Both the position numbers and the translations under genes were made by a program. Source: Mytilus edulis (Eukaryota). From it: a stretch of DNA of 64,000 bases. The stretch spans positions 18,476,001 to 18,540,000 of the forward strand of contig NC_092348.1 of assembly GCF_963676685.1 (NCBI RefSeq), given 5' to 3'. Shown in pieces: positions 1 to 12,989 of the stretch (positions are counted from its first letter, which is position 1; each line of letters starts with the position of its first letter). The notes below the pieces were generated by a model. That model was given only the letters and a program-made list of their open reading frames with translations. It ran no database searches and had not been told where the DNA came from.

Positions 1-1004
1 TTTTTAAAAGCAAGATGCCAAAACGAGTTAGTGCCTTGCTATAAGTTAACGATATAATTGTGTTATTCATATTACCCCATATCAGCCGTAGTGGAGCTTG
101 ATACTTGTTTTCGTTTATAATATAACAGCAAAATGGAAACGTAAAAAATATATTTACGCATGCCACAAAGGTTTTGTCGTAAAGCAGTGTAGTAACATCG
201 CACCAAAGCTACGCTGATTTCATGAATATTAGATAGCAGTGCAAAAACAGGAACATGCCCTAGGCTTCTCTTCAAACTGCGTAAAAAGGATCAAAAAGAT
301 GTTTTGGGGTTATATGTTAATTTAAAAAAAATCTGTGTTTTATGTTAAAACAATATATGTTTGTTTTCATTGCAATGGAACTGACTTTGAATTATATAAG
401 CATGGCACCAAAAACTAACTGTCAACTACAAATGTATTTAACAAAAATTGAAAGGGATTGTTGGAAGCTATGGACTCTGATACTGTGCATTTTTTTTAGG
501 GATGTGTACTTGCGATACTGAACCTATTTAAATGAAGAAGTTCACTGGCGACATTAAGCCAATCTGGTTATGTTTTGATACAGAGTCGTAGTGATAAAGG
601 ATATGTATTTACTATTAATGTTAAATATTGTGCAAATAAGACGATGTGGATTGATTGGTAATGAGAAAACTTTCCCCAAAGACCAATTTTACAGGAAATT
701 CAATCAGTTCTGCCCCCCCCCTCCCCCCCCCCCCCCATTTCCAAAGTCCTTTATAATAAAACAAAATCTGAATCAAATGTATATATATATTTTTTTTATT
801 AGAATGAGTTCTTTTTCATAAAACGATGTTAGACAATATATTTTAAAACTACTCATGCTTTATAAATCTCCCTTAAACACGATGTTATATCTTCATCAAT
901 ATATTTTTGGTCAGACAAATAGCGAAAACCGTAAAAATACTATTTGTCCGGCTTGCCGGATGAATAGACATTTTTGACTATTTGTCCGGCTAGTCGAACG
1001 AATA

Positions 1005-1500
1005 GCCACTGCCTTAATTGAAGTCTGGAGCTGGAATGTCAACTTACTGCTAGTAGTCTGTTGTTATTTATGTATTATTGTCATTTCCTTTTTTTTGTCA
1101 CATCTTTTTACATCAGACTAGGACTTTTTATTAACTGAAATTTTATTTTGTATTGTTATGCATTTACTTTTCTACATTTGCTAGAGGTATTGGGGAGGGT
1201 TGAGATCTCATAAACATGTTTAACCCCGACGCAATTTTGCTTCTGTCCCAAATCAGGAGCCTCTTGCCTTTGTTAGTCTTGTATTATATTTAATTTTAGT
1301 TTCTTGTGTATAATTTGGAGTTTAGTATGACGTTCATTATCCCTGAACTAGTATATATTGTTTAGGTACCAGCTGAAGGTCACCTCCGGGTGTGGGCATT
1401 TATCGCTGCATTGAAGACCTGTTGGTGACCTTCTGTTATTGTCTGTTCTATGGTCGGGTTGTTGTCTCTTTGACACATTCCCAATTGCCATTCACAATTT
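1005..1500. repeat. Dispersed non-autonomous repeat family (other copies ~22872-22968, 43815-43955, 59832-60057 in opposite orientation)
   Basis: Reverse complement of the 'aaaattgagaatggaaatggggaatgtgtcaaagagacaacaacccg' motif that recurs at least 4 times in the window. No coding capacity; absent from copy B at the equivalent position. Confidence 0.7.
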
Positions 1501-2489
1501 TATATATAAACCAATCTATAATAAATTTCACAAACAGAAACGTAAAAGAACTCATAATATTTATAAAAGAGAAAGATGCCAAAGGGAGATTCAAACTCAG
1601 AAGTCGAAAACAAGGAAACAATGTCATGGCAATAAACGAAGAAATTTAAAGACAAGCAAGTTCATAAAACACAACATAAAAAACTCAAGACTGAGCAAAA
1701 TGAACCCCTTATCACACCAGAGATGATCTCATGTGTACCGGGAGTAAGCAGTTTCTGATCCACTAGTGGTACACGCATTCATTTCATCAGTATACAAACC
1801 TTTCTGTACTAAACTAAAAAGGCACAGTTTTGGCAACTGTTCCTGAGTCGGAATTTCTAACTTTGCAGCAAGTAGCTACAAAGTTTTATATGCTTGAAAA
1901 CGTATTTTGAGTCGAACACGATTTAAGGTATGAATCAGTCTCTGATTAATTGAAACCAAAAGACTAACAACTCAATTTACCGAACAAATATAATACAAAC
2001 GACAACAACTGTCTTACCGAGTCATTACTTGTCATACATTGTAGTCTCATAAAGAATGTGGCGCAGTAGTTACATCTCCTTGTTTAACCTCGTGTTTTGA
2101 CGTCAGTTTGATAAAAGGTTTAACAGACAGATATGGGGTGTGTATTATGTATGAATGCATGAGCCCCGTTGGTAAGAAAACAGTGCAGTTGCAGAATTCA
2201 CATTTGGAAAGCGGACAGCCTTTAAACTATGGAATATAAAGTACGTTACCCGTCAAATATATTTTCACTTGTTATAAATAAGTCCGAACGGTTTCGTTAA
2301 TGAAGGGAATTTGAACTTTTGATTTACTTTTTATTGAAATATAAATTAAAAAGAACTGGTTAGCAAATCTTCGTTATTCGGAACTTGTCTTCCTGCTGTA
2401 ATGGGTTTATATGTATATGTACAAACACTTAGGTCTGAATCATAGTTTAGTTGCAATTTAGGAACGAATATTTAATGTTGCATTTCTCA

Positions 2490-5001
2490 TCCGAAATAGA
2501 TGTAGTGTTGGTTAGCGAGGAGGAAGATACTATTGATGATGAAATCGTGCCGGGTCAGGAGGATGGACATGATGATACTGACATGAATGAGATAATATGG
2601 AGCGAGGCCAATCAAGATGTAAATGTTTGACAGTTTAACGAAAGTACCGGACCTCAAGTCTTATTAAATGCTGATGTTAGTGAACTGGAATGTTTCAATA
2701 CCTTTTTTTACAACAGATATGATTAGTAAAGTGTCCAAGAGAACAACCTAAATGCAACACGCAAACAGCACCTAGCGAGACGAAATGACACACACTGGAC
2801 GGAGACAGATTTTGCTGAAATGTCTGCATATTAAGGTATGTGAAAAACAATATATATTCAAACTAACAATGGTTATACGTGTACGATTGTAAGCTTGGTT
2901 TATAATAAGAAAATTAAATTGAAATGCATAGTAAATTCCCTTTAATTTAAACTGGTATATATACATGTACATGTTTGCATTTTTATGCACTGTTTATGCA
3001 GAAGCCTGTTATTCAGTGGTTGTCGTTTGTTGATGCGGTTCATAGGTGTTTCTTCTTTTTCATGTTGTAGATTAGACTTTTGTTTTTTCCATTTTTGGGT
3101 CCCTTAAATAGCTTGCTGTTTTGTGTACTAAATGTAAGCCTTGACGATATGTTGAAGGCTGTATGTAGACCCATATTTTTTTTTACTCATTGTGACTTGG
3201 ATTGAAAGTTGTTTCATTAGTACTCATACCATGCTTTTATTGACAATATTTATTGGTTTGTACATGCCTTTATTCATGTGTTTGTTCGTTACATGTATTT
3301 TATAATTCTCAAAAGTAGAAGTAGATTTAGTACTCTATGCATGTAGGGTACATTATAAAACTTTACCAAAATTTTACATGTCAAGATATGTATGGACATC
3401 CTATATCCACATGTACATGATGTATATTTAGAAGTGATATTAAAAGTAATATTTTTATGACAAAAAGTTAAAAGCGTATCTTTTATCTTTTCTATGAATC
3501 ATATTTCTTATGGGGATTATACAAGTTCCTGAATACAAGTTTTTATGGTCGACAAATAAATTCCTTGCTGTGGAGGTGTAAAAGATGTCATGCCTGTAAA
3601 AAGATATGAAAAGCTGACACAGTATTTACTTGTGAATGAGCCAGAGGCTGATTCTACTGACAAACTTGCCAGAATTAGGCTTATATTATATTCTGTTCTT
3701 GAAAGATGTCGAGTGCAGATGTAGCTTATAAACCTAGGCAGAACCAAAACATTGACGAGGCAATAATTCCCTACAAGGGTAGATTTTCTGCAAAACAGTA
3801 TGTTCTCTCAAAGCCAGTGAAGTGGGGTATCAAGGTGTGGATGAGATGTGACACAACCTCAGGTACTTACATGTTCAATCAAAATTTGAAATATTATATT
3901 ATATATAAAAGGTTTTGGTTTTTACATGCACTTTTCACTCAACCATGTTATATATAGGACATTTTAGATATAACACCTTTGATTACCAGATATTTTTTCA
4001 ATTGACGTTTACTCTCCCTTATAATCCATGTCATGATGATGTATGCGTGACTAGACATTAAGCAGCAAACAATCAATCATCTATGTTTTAATACGATTAA
4101 TTCAGTTTAAATTAAAAAATGTGTTATCCTTGATCCTTTATAAATCAAAACATTTACTTGTAACTTGCGTTCAGCTGGATTGTTTTTATAATACATGTAC
4201 ATACATGTATGTATATTATGTACTATATTCATCAAATGTTATGTTACAACTTATTTAATTTTCATGATACTGCCATGAATTTGATGTTGACGGTTAAAGG
4301 TTATACTCATATTTGAAGTCGCATGCTTCAAACAAAATTTGAAGGTAAGCAAACAAGTTTAAACTGCCAACTGAAATCCAAATTTACATAAAATACATGT
4401 ATAAATGAGATACCTACAGCACATAACACATGTACTTACATAATGTATTAATTGATGTATACTCTTTGTTTTAGAGTGACATTACTGAAAGGAGACAACA
4501 GGATGGTACTATGAAACAGATCAACAGACCACGGATTATGAATTACCAGGCATACTTTCGTGGTATTGATATTTGTTTCCAACTTCGGACAAATGTCCTG
4601 CTGGAAGGAGCTCTAAAAAGTGGTTGAATTTTTGTTTAACTGTCTCACCAATATTTGTATTATAAATAGCTTTGTTTTGTATGACCACTTCAATCAGGTG
4701 GAAAAGAAGAAAAAAGGGTACACTCAACTTGATTTCAGGCTTAAGTTGGTCGCAAATACATGTATAACCAATGATTACTCTTTCATTAAAAAGAGAACCC
4801 CAGCTTTGGTTATACTCCCAAATGAACATGAGCAGCCCTAAATTGCATAGACATACCAGATTAAAAAGAAAAAAATCAACACGAAAATTTTGTACAAAGC
4901 ATAATGAAAAAAGGAAAGAGACGATCCGTTGTTGTAATACATGTTTTTTATGCCATAGAAGGTTCCATGCTATCATTGGTGTTGTTGTTATGGAAGAGTA
5001 A
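2490..5001 (+). pseudogene. Decayed intron-containing piggyBac (PGBD-like) transposase, copy A
   Basis: Fragments translate to piggyBac motifs: IDEAIIPYKGRFSAKQYVLSKPVKWGIKVWMRCD, IINSFVLY..TQLDFRLKLV, and a Cys-rich C-terminus. Frameshifts and stops; exon-2 acceptor mutated (ag>at near 3495); 5' part deleted relative to copy B. Confidence 0.85.
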
Positions 5002-6363
5002 AGCTGTGAAATTATGAACTATATGTTATGATTACTTAATCCCTAAATTTGACATTAATAACCTTAAAATGAAATAAAGAATAGATCAGTGAAAATTTAT
5101 TATGATTTTTTTTTTAATCAACAACAGCATTTGTTAATGTCCTGTTAAATATTTGTAGATTGTTTGGCAAAGTAATCGATGCGTTTGAACTTTAAAAATC
5201 TTTCAATTTACTTACATTGTTAATGTGTTAAGAAGTGCCTTCAAAGTATTGTAAAGAATACCAGTATGCAAAATATCGAAGACAAACAATGTTTTTTGAA
5301 AAATTTAATGTCTGTGTCTTTGGATTCATAATTGATTTGGCAGATAAGAATATTCTATTCCATTCTTTTCTATAAACATTGTATGACTTTTTAAAGGTTT
5401 GTCTACTTTTGTTGATAAACATGTATAGTTGATTTTTCTGTGAAGTGGATAAAATTATTACTGTATTGAATACTTGTATCAATTGCAGGAATCTCATATT
5501 TTTTTTTATTAATAAAAGTGTCTTCAGTTTAGCTATGAAAAAAAACTGTGCCTGCCTTACACAAACAGTACCGTTTATCAGAGTGGTTTAACTGCATGGT
5601 TAAAATTTTCAATTGATTCAGTTTGTGTTTTTCAATCTGTTGATAATATTTCATTGCATGTTTAGGATCGAAATAGACCGACCTTCTTTTAGGAGGTTCT
5701 AAAATTATTCCCCTTTGTTCACTATGACAACGGCATTTTAAAAACGTAATCAAAAATCAATTTCTGTTTAAATTAGCCGAAGAACACGTGTAGTTATGTG
5801 ACTAATTGACATAAAACTACGATTTTATATCAGAAGTTTTTAATTTTATTATTCATATTGTCTAATAAATTCGGTTACATAACATACGCTGTACATTTTC
5901 AAACTAAACACAGTCCCGCAATCGACAATCGTCAAAATTGACAAAAAATCCACGAAAACAGACAATTTGATACCACGATTATCCCCCGTATTTCATCTCT
6001 GAAGGTATAAAACTATAGTTTATATGATGTTATTAATAGCTCTATGCATGGAACTTATAAATTGTGTCTATGGTGAAGTTTAATAAGTCTAGGCAGATAC
6101 CGTGACATATGAATCAATTAATTACAAGTGCCCGACGTCCAAATGGCCAATTAAATATAACGTGCGGAAATGCAACGTTTTCAACTAAAATGTTCGAGGA
6201 GACGGTGAAAATAAACAAAATGGAAGATAGGGGAAAAGTGTTAAAGTATGTGCCGAAATAAAATATTTCATGAATATACAAAGAGGTAAGACAACTTCGT
6301 AGAAATTGAAAATTGTTCCTAGAAATGTTCATCTTTCCAATCTGTTGCCATAATAAGTCACGC

Positions 6364-7018
6364 GACATTTGACATTTAAACTTATGTATAAAGCGTGTAC
6401 AAGTTGTTTCATATGTATACCAGGTTCATTGAAAGTGTATCGTTCAGAGATACATATGCGGCTGACAATGTGGTTTGGTCTTGTATTGGTGCTGCTTTTA
6501 GCAAAAACATATGCAGATGGAAAACTTACATCCACTTCAGATTCTGGTATTTAAATGTATAACAGAAATTGATGTGTTTTACTCTGTAAATTATTGTACT
6601 AAAAAAAAAAGAAGCGTAAAATTATTTCTAATTTTTACATCATACATTGGTTTTCTTATTATTATAGAGTCAATTTTGCTCATATATCTATGACATTTGA
6701 CATTTAAACTTATGTATAAAGCGTGTACAAGTTGTTTCATATGTATACCAGGTTCATTGAAAGTGTATCGTTCAGAGATACATATGCGGCTGACAATGTG
6801 GTTTGGTCTTGTATTGGTGCTGCTTTTAGTAAAAACATATGCAGATGGAAAACTTACATCCACTTCAGATTCTGGTATTTAAATGTATAACAGAAATTGA
6901 TGTGTTTTACTCTGTAAATTATTGTACTAAAAAAAAAGAAGCGTAAAATTATTTCTAATTTTTACATCATACATTGGTTTTCTTATTATTATAGAGTCAA
7001 TTTTGCTCATATATCTAT
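6364..7018 (+). repeat. Near-perfect 328-bp tandem duplication (6364-6691, 6692-7018) of the FReD core promoter, signal-peptide exon and splice donor
   Basis: ORFs 6369 and 6697 are identical except A/V; units differ by one substitution and one A in a poly-A run; single copy in duplicate B. Confidence 0.95.
6387..6392 (+). promoter_or_regulatory. Putative TATA box of FReD gene A (repeated at 6715-6720; paralogous site 54768-54773)
   Basis: TATAAA 69 bp upstream of the signal-peptide ATG, conserved in all three copies. Confidence 0.45.
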
Positions 7019-10000
7019 CTATGTATTCATTTCATTTTTGTTCTTATCTGTTTTAACTTGATTTTTTAAGGAGTTTGCTTTTATGGGAAAACGGCTGAAC
7101 GAGTACTCAGCATCTTGGCAACTGGTAAATACAGATCTTTGCTGCCTTCAGGTAAAAAGCAAATACATGAACTCACATAAAAATGTAGTTCTAGGTATAA
7201 ATTAATTTTTAGAGTATGACTGTGTCAATATAATAATGTAATATCTTTAAAAAAAAAAAAATACAATTCAAGATTTTTATAAACATAAAACCTTTTTTTG
7301 GTTTGATAAATCAATTTGTGAAGATCAATGCTATAGCTTTACCAAATATTTTAGGTTATCTCTTATATTTTCATATGAACTTACACATACAGGGCCTCAT
7401 GTGCGAGACTGCTCGGATTTAGACCGAAAACATTACAAAAGTGGAGTCTACAAAATATTCCCGGCAGGTGGCGCTGGATTTAAGGCGTACTGTGATATGG
7501 AAACGGACGGGGGAGGGTGGACGGTAAGAATATTTAAATATTAGATGAGGAGTAAAAGCTAGTGAATAATCTATAGAGAGGAGCTTATTTCATATTTTAT
7601 GGTAATATAGTACTTCACTGTAAAGGGTGTGAAAGTCCTCGCTTTTTAATTATTGAAATATCTTGCTCTGTAATTTTACCGATAAAGAGGAATCTGATGT
7701 TTAGTGGTTGTCGTCTGTTTATGAGTTTCATCAGTGTTTTTATATAGATTACACATTTGGTTTTCGCGTTTGAATAGTTTTACACTAGTAATTTTTGGGG
7801 CACTTTATAGCTTGCTGTTCATATCACATCTCATTACACATCTTTCTATATCTAATTAGTATTTGCTTATTATAGAGGTAATATAAGTTCCGTATTTTTA
7901 TAAATTATGTTATATAATATGCACACATGTAATTTACAGGATTTTGTCTTATTCAGCAAAAGCACCAGTAACCTGGAGCACGCCACTTTAAATAACGTTT
8001 CTTTCACTGATTTGAATTCTAGGTTTTTCAGCGAAGACAAGACGGTAAAGTAGATTTCTACCGAGGATGGGAAGACTATGTAAACGGATTTGGTCATTTC
8101 AATACGGAATTCTGGTTAGGTCAGTATTTTCAAATTTTACGCATCCACTAGATTTTTATGTGGTGTACTCTTACATAATTGTCACGGATCATGGTGAAGT
8201 CTGTGTGCTTATAAACATGTGTTCCCCTCCGTTATCGAAATGTAACTTTCCAAATTCAGTAGGCTGTGTGTCAGTGGTTGTCATTGGTTGTTGTCTGTAA
8301 TCTTTGTTTTTTTCGTTTATTGTTTTGTCATAAATCAAACCGTTGCTTTTTTGATTGAGCTGCTTCATATTTTGTATGTTTATGTATTTAACAGGTGACC
8401 AAATTATTGTTGTTATACTCCTTTTTAGCAGTCCGTCTTTGATTCGACTATATTGGATAGGTTTCAAAACGACAAATTATGCTAAATTTACTCATGTTTG
8501 TTAAATCTAATATAAAAGAAGGTTAAATATAAAAAGGACCAACATCTCCATCTTAAATTTCCTCCTTTCCTTTACTTCGATTTTTAAAGGTAATGACAAA
8601 CTATATAAACTAACATCACGAGGACAGTATGAGCTTAGAGTAAACCTGGAGGATTTCAATGGTGATAAAGCCTATGCCAAATATTCTAACTTCTACATTG
8701 GTGACAAGTCAACTAACTACAAACTAACAGTGAATGGTTATAGTGGAACGGCAGGTAATATTTATATTTAAATTAAGTTTTGAATTCACTAAGCTCTTGC
8801 TCCACTGTTTTCATAGAATAGTTGAAAGTACACTTGTTTGAGCTTTTGATTTTGCCACTCGATTGGCATCTTCGCTAGCCAAGGGTTACGATCCACTCCC
8901 GCTATCTTCACCCTTGGCAGATTGAGCCAACATTTGTGATATCAATGTTGCACCATCTATCGGAAGATTAAAATCACGCCCATTCCGAATACATTATTCT
9001 TGACCAATGGTAGCACTTGAACTCTTCAATTTTGAGGAAAAAAACACGGTAGTGTCTAGATTCTACCCACTTGGTAAAGCCGGAAATGACAAAATACGTC
9101 AACATTCATGCATTTGTGCATGAAACATACACAGGAACCTCTATTAGTTGATTAAAAACATTCAAGTTGTCACCAAATATAGTCGTATGTTTAGTGATGT
9201 AAAGACTTGTTGCACAATAAACACGTGGCAATTGTTTACAAATAATTTCTACATTTACACGTGATCATGTTATAGGCGCTTTTTGATTGGATGCAGCGAG
9301 TTTCTACTGCAACCAATAAAAATCCTTTTCTTGTGTCTCCGAAATATTATCTCAATCCGCCAAGGGTGAAGAGAGCGGGAGTGGATCGTAACCCTTGGCT
9401 AGCGAAGATGCTCGATTGGGGACTTTAAGTTTTGAAATTACCTCGGCGTTCAGTGTTTTTGTGATTTTTCTTATACGGCACAAGAATGTAATGAGTAGGT
9501 TTAATAAAACGAAATTTAAAATACTGTTTAAAATTAATCCGGCTTTTAAGATGGTGGCAATGCAAAATAAGAACACACTGGACACTTGAATTATCACTGC
9601 ATTCAGTATTCGATTTTAAAACGTATCTAAAATTTAAATATGTACAAGCACTAAGCCCTTACACATTCAAATTTGAATTCGGTATTAATCATAATAAGGC
9701 TGTATGAACTTGCAAAAGACAAATTACTATTTAAAAAATATGAATTTGTTTTCATGGCTTGGTTGTTTGCTTTATACTAGTATATCATATGGAAGATGAA
9801 ATTGTCCATTTGTGATTTGCAGAATGTGAAATTGAAATAAATTAGCAATTTGATGAAATACAATTATTTCAAACTGTCTCCAAAGTCTTCATGAAATGGA
9901 TGTAATTGGTTTTTATTCAGAGCATTAATTGTTATAAAATCTAGTACTCTATATGTCTAATTTATAGAAACCAGGATGCTTACAATTTATTAGCCTAACC

Positions 10001-10398
10001 ACTGTAGATCATTTATTCACATTTAATAATAAAATTATTTGGTGAATCACTATTGTTGTAGCTAAAACGATATAACTGAATATGCAGTGCATATGAAGTT
10101 GTTTTTATTTTCATCGTTATCGAGTCTACATTTTTTTGTTCAAATAATAGGTGATGCTTTGAAGCGACATAATGATCGTGCTTTCTCGACAAAAGATAAG
10201 GATAATGACACCTATAGCAGTGAAAATTGTGCAAAGAATTACAAAGGGGCTTGGTGGTATTACAACTGTCATGTATCTAATCTGAACGGACTGTATGTAG
10301 GAAATAAGAAGGATGACAAAGGAATGCGTTGGAGTCATTGGAAAGGATCTCAGTCAATGAAGACTACGTCAATGATGATTCGTAGGAAACGTCTCTAA
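6456..10398 (+). CDS. Secreted fibrinogen-related domain protein (FReD/FREP, ficolin/tachylectin-5-like lectin), paralogue A, ~270 aa
   Basis: Phase-consistent GT-AG exons 6456-6546 (or duplicate 6784-6874), 7071-7151, 7393-7523, 8023-8119, 8590-8754, 10151-10398 (813 nt). Signal peptide [23 protein letters not shown] motifs [74 protein letters not shown] at 10418. Confidence 0.93.
8867..9410. mobile_element. Non-autonomous TIR transposon (MITE), ~58-bp TIRs, 9-bp TSD (Mutator- or AcademH-like) in intron 5 of FReD A
   Basis: TIR CATCTTCGCTAGCCAAGGGTTACGATCCACTCCCGC... with its reverse complement at the right end; TSD CTCGATTGG at 8858-8866 and 9411-9419; empty site with a single CTCGATTGG in copy B (~56899). 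Confidence 0.92.
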
Positions 10399-10759
10399 CA
10401 GAGTGTGCTATCATTAAAATAAATGCAGATAAACCATTGTATTGAAAATATATCTTGTTATTGTTATTATTTGTTCTCCTCTCGAATACAAATGCACGTT
10501 ATATATGTACATGTATATTGATTTTAACTTATCATTTATTTTCTATTAGATATCCCTCTCTTCCATGTGAATTTTTGAAGGTTTTATTAAGCTGAAAATG
10601 CTGAAAAAGTCTTACAGGTTTGACTTTTTAACTTTATAGTCATACGCATACCTGATGAACATAACGCTTGGATGTATGCTTTTTTAATTAGTTGTTTGTG
10701 GCTTTAAACTGGCTGTCAGTAACTGTGAGTACTCTCAGATATGTACTTAGTGTCTTTTG

Positions 10760-11160
10760 GGTTCCATTAATATATCCCTCAGGACTAGAAATTACAGAAA
10801 CAACAGAAACGGCTCCATCCGCCTCATTTATAGACTTATACCTCGAATTTGACATACACATTCATCTAAGTACCAGAATCTATGACAAACGAGATTTCCT
10901 CTACCTTAGTAGCAATATACCAATTGCACCTGCATATGGGATATACATTTCCTAACTTATTTGATATTTTTTGATAGTTTTCGGCTCCTACTCAAACTTT
11001 GTAAAACGTCACCAGTGTCTGAGCAGAAAGTTGATGAACCAGTTGATGTCAGAACGTCTCGTTCTTTTTCTAAAAATAAGTTCATCGGAAGGTACCAAGA
11101 CCTTGTTGATAAATACTTCTTATCCACTTTACAAATTATACATGATGGTCGTGATGTATA
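10760..11160 (+). mobile_element. Degenerate Penelope-like RT 3' fragment (paralogous copy 58620-59040)
   Basis: IYPSGLEITETTETAPSASFIDLYLEFD..LSTRIYDKRD..SSNIPIAPAYGIYIS, homologous to the better-preserved copy at 62767-63192. Confidence 0.8.
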
Positions 11161-12989
11161 TATTCTGCGTACTGACGTTATTAGTTTAATAACGTGTTAT
11201 ATTGTTCTTTTTTTCTATTTTTAATAGAACGTTTACTGTTTGATCAGTTTTCTGTGATATCCATTTGAGTAGGCTCGGTACTTCTACATCACGTCAATGT
11301 TTATTTATAAACAAAATGAAATTTTGGTGTATAATATGTGAGTTTTTTTATTTATTTTCTAAGGATCATATACCAAAAAAAAAAACGGAATATGAAATGG
11401 TGGCTTTCCTTACTTACGTACTGGAAGAACGTGGAATCTTACTCTTCAAAATATTTGACAATGAAAATAATCAATTCACGCTGAATGCATGTGCATTAAC
11501 GCTGTATGAAGAAGAGCATGGCTTGCTATAAGACAAAACAAAAAGTAAAATAACGAAAATATCCAACTCCATGAAAAAAATAAAAACAGAAAGTCCCCAT
11601 TATGGAATCAGGAGCTCAAACACATAACCGAAGACAAAAAAACTTGCCATATTCCTCACTTAATCAAAATAGTCAATCCGAACACCTGAGGTGAAAATTT
11701 ACTTCTTTCAGTAGAAACGTTTTCGAATATTCGCAAGCCTTAACTTGGAATATTTGATGTGCCTTTTCCCTTTGATCTGCCAAAAAGTGAAAACCTCTGT
11801 CGATTATTGAAGAACTAGAAGTCTATATGATCAAATTCAAATTGCAGTTAAAAAAACTTAAATCTGGGTTCATGGTAGTTTCAAATAGTCATGCAATGAA
11901 AACTACTTTATTTCAAAGCAGGTAACTCTACGTTATCACCAATAGAGTAACAAAAAACAATTCAACAATCATACTCGTTTCTGCCAATTTTTTTTTACAT
12001 GTACTGCTACATACATACGTACATGAGTATAATCTTTATTAATAGACCCTAGTATCATCAAATCAAACAAAAGTCTTAAGGTCTATCTTAAATATTTTAA
12101 ACAACAATCAATCAATTAGTAGCTATATCAAATTGAATATTGTATTTTTAAATGACAACAATATTTTCTTGTACCTTAATGAAACGTGAATCTTGCTTAA
12201 ACGTGCAACTCATCGTGTCTCGTATAAAAATATAAAGAAAAAACTATCCATCCTTGTAGCTCTTGTTTGTACGCACACTTTATAGAGTTTTCTTCTGAAG
12301 CAGAAATGACCTTGTTTAAGGGGAGTATCTTGAAATAAATGCATAACTTGTAAACGAAAATTTGACAATATTCTAGAAAAAAGTAAAAACACTATTTGTA
12401 TTCATCATGCATAGATGATTTCTTCACAAGAATATGTATGATGATATTTTTAAAGAAGGGGTACTAATGGATTAAACACCAACACGATACGAAGAATACA
12501 TTTTATTTTTGTTAATATTTGTTTTCAGAAACAGTATAATCTAACTACACAGGACGAACATCAAGACAATCAATAAGTTCCAAGCTTTGTTGTTCTCGCC
12601 CAACTGCCTAGGTATCGGTAAACTGAAAGTAGAGCTATATCATCACAACTGATCAGCGCCAAAGTTTTGATTGAATATAAATTCATACTATTCCGAAATA
12701 TTTGAGAAAAGAGTGTCAAAATATTTTAAGTTATTTCAACATATTCACAAATTAAAAGAAGCCGGACATTTTTAGTACTGACACGATATAACTCATACAT
12801 GTTACTATTAAGCTCCAGGTCAATTATGAAGTCATGTTGTTCAGTAGTACTAGAGAAATGTGTAGCGAAGAAAAGTACGTTCATTCAACATACTTATAAA
12901 CAAAACATGAACAAACAGCAGGTAGGTGTTTGACATATGTGATAAGTGCTCACATAACACAAATAATCACAGTCAAGCTGCTGACCTCA

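Larger units (their letters stand above)
1..11973 (+). repeat. Segmental duplication copy A (piggyBac relic + FReD lectin gene); left end runs off the window
   Basis: Colinear high-identity match to 31049-59832 throughout (e.g. 1-690 vs 31049-31750; exons and introns 6364-10398 vs 54745-58264). Similarity ends at ...ttcaacaatcata (11973 / 59832). Confidence 0.95.

Noticed and set aside
591-821. Short ORFs with poly-Pro/poly-Gly (also 49836-50049) and most other 60-100 aa ORFs in the track
   Set aside because: They arise from homopolymer runs, repeats or antisense frames of TE genes; no domain or splice support.
7135-7151. 17-nt micro-exon (acag|atctttgctgccttcag|gt)
   Set aside because: It would shift the fibrinogen domain out of frame; the 81-nt exon starting at 7071 keeps phase.
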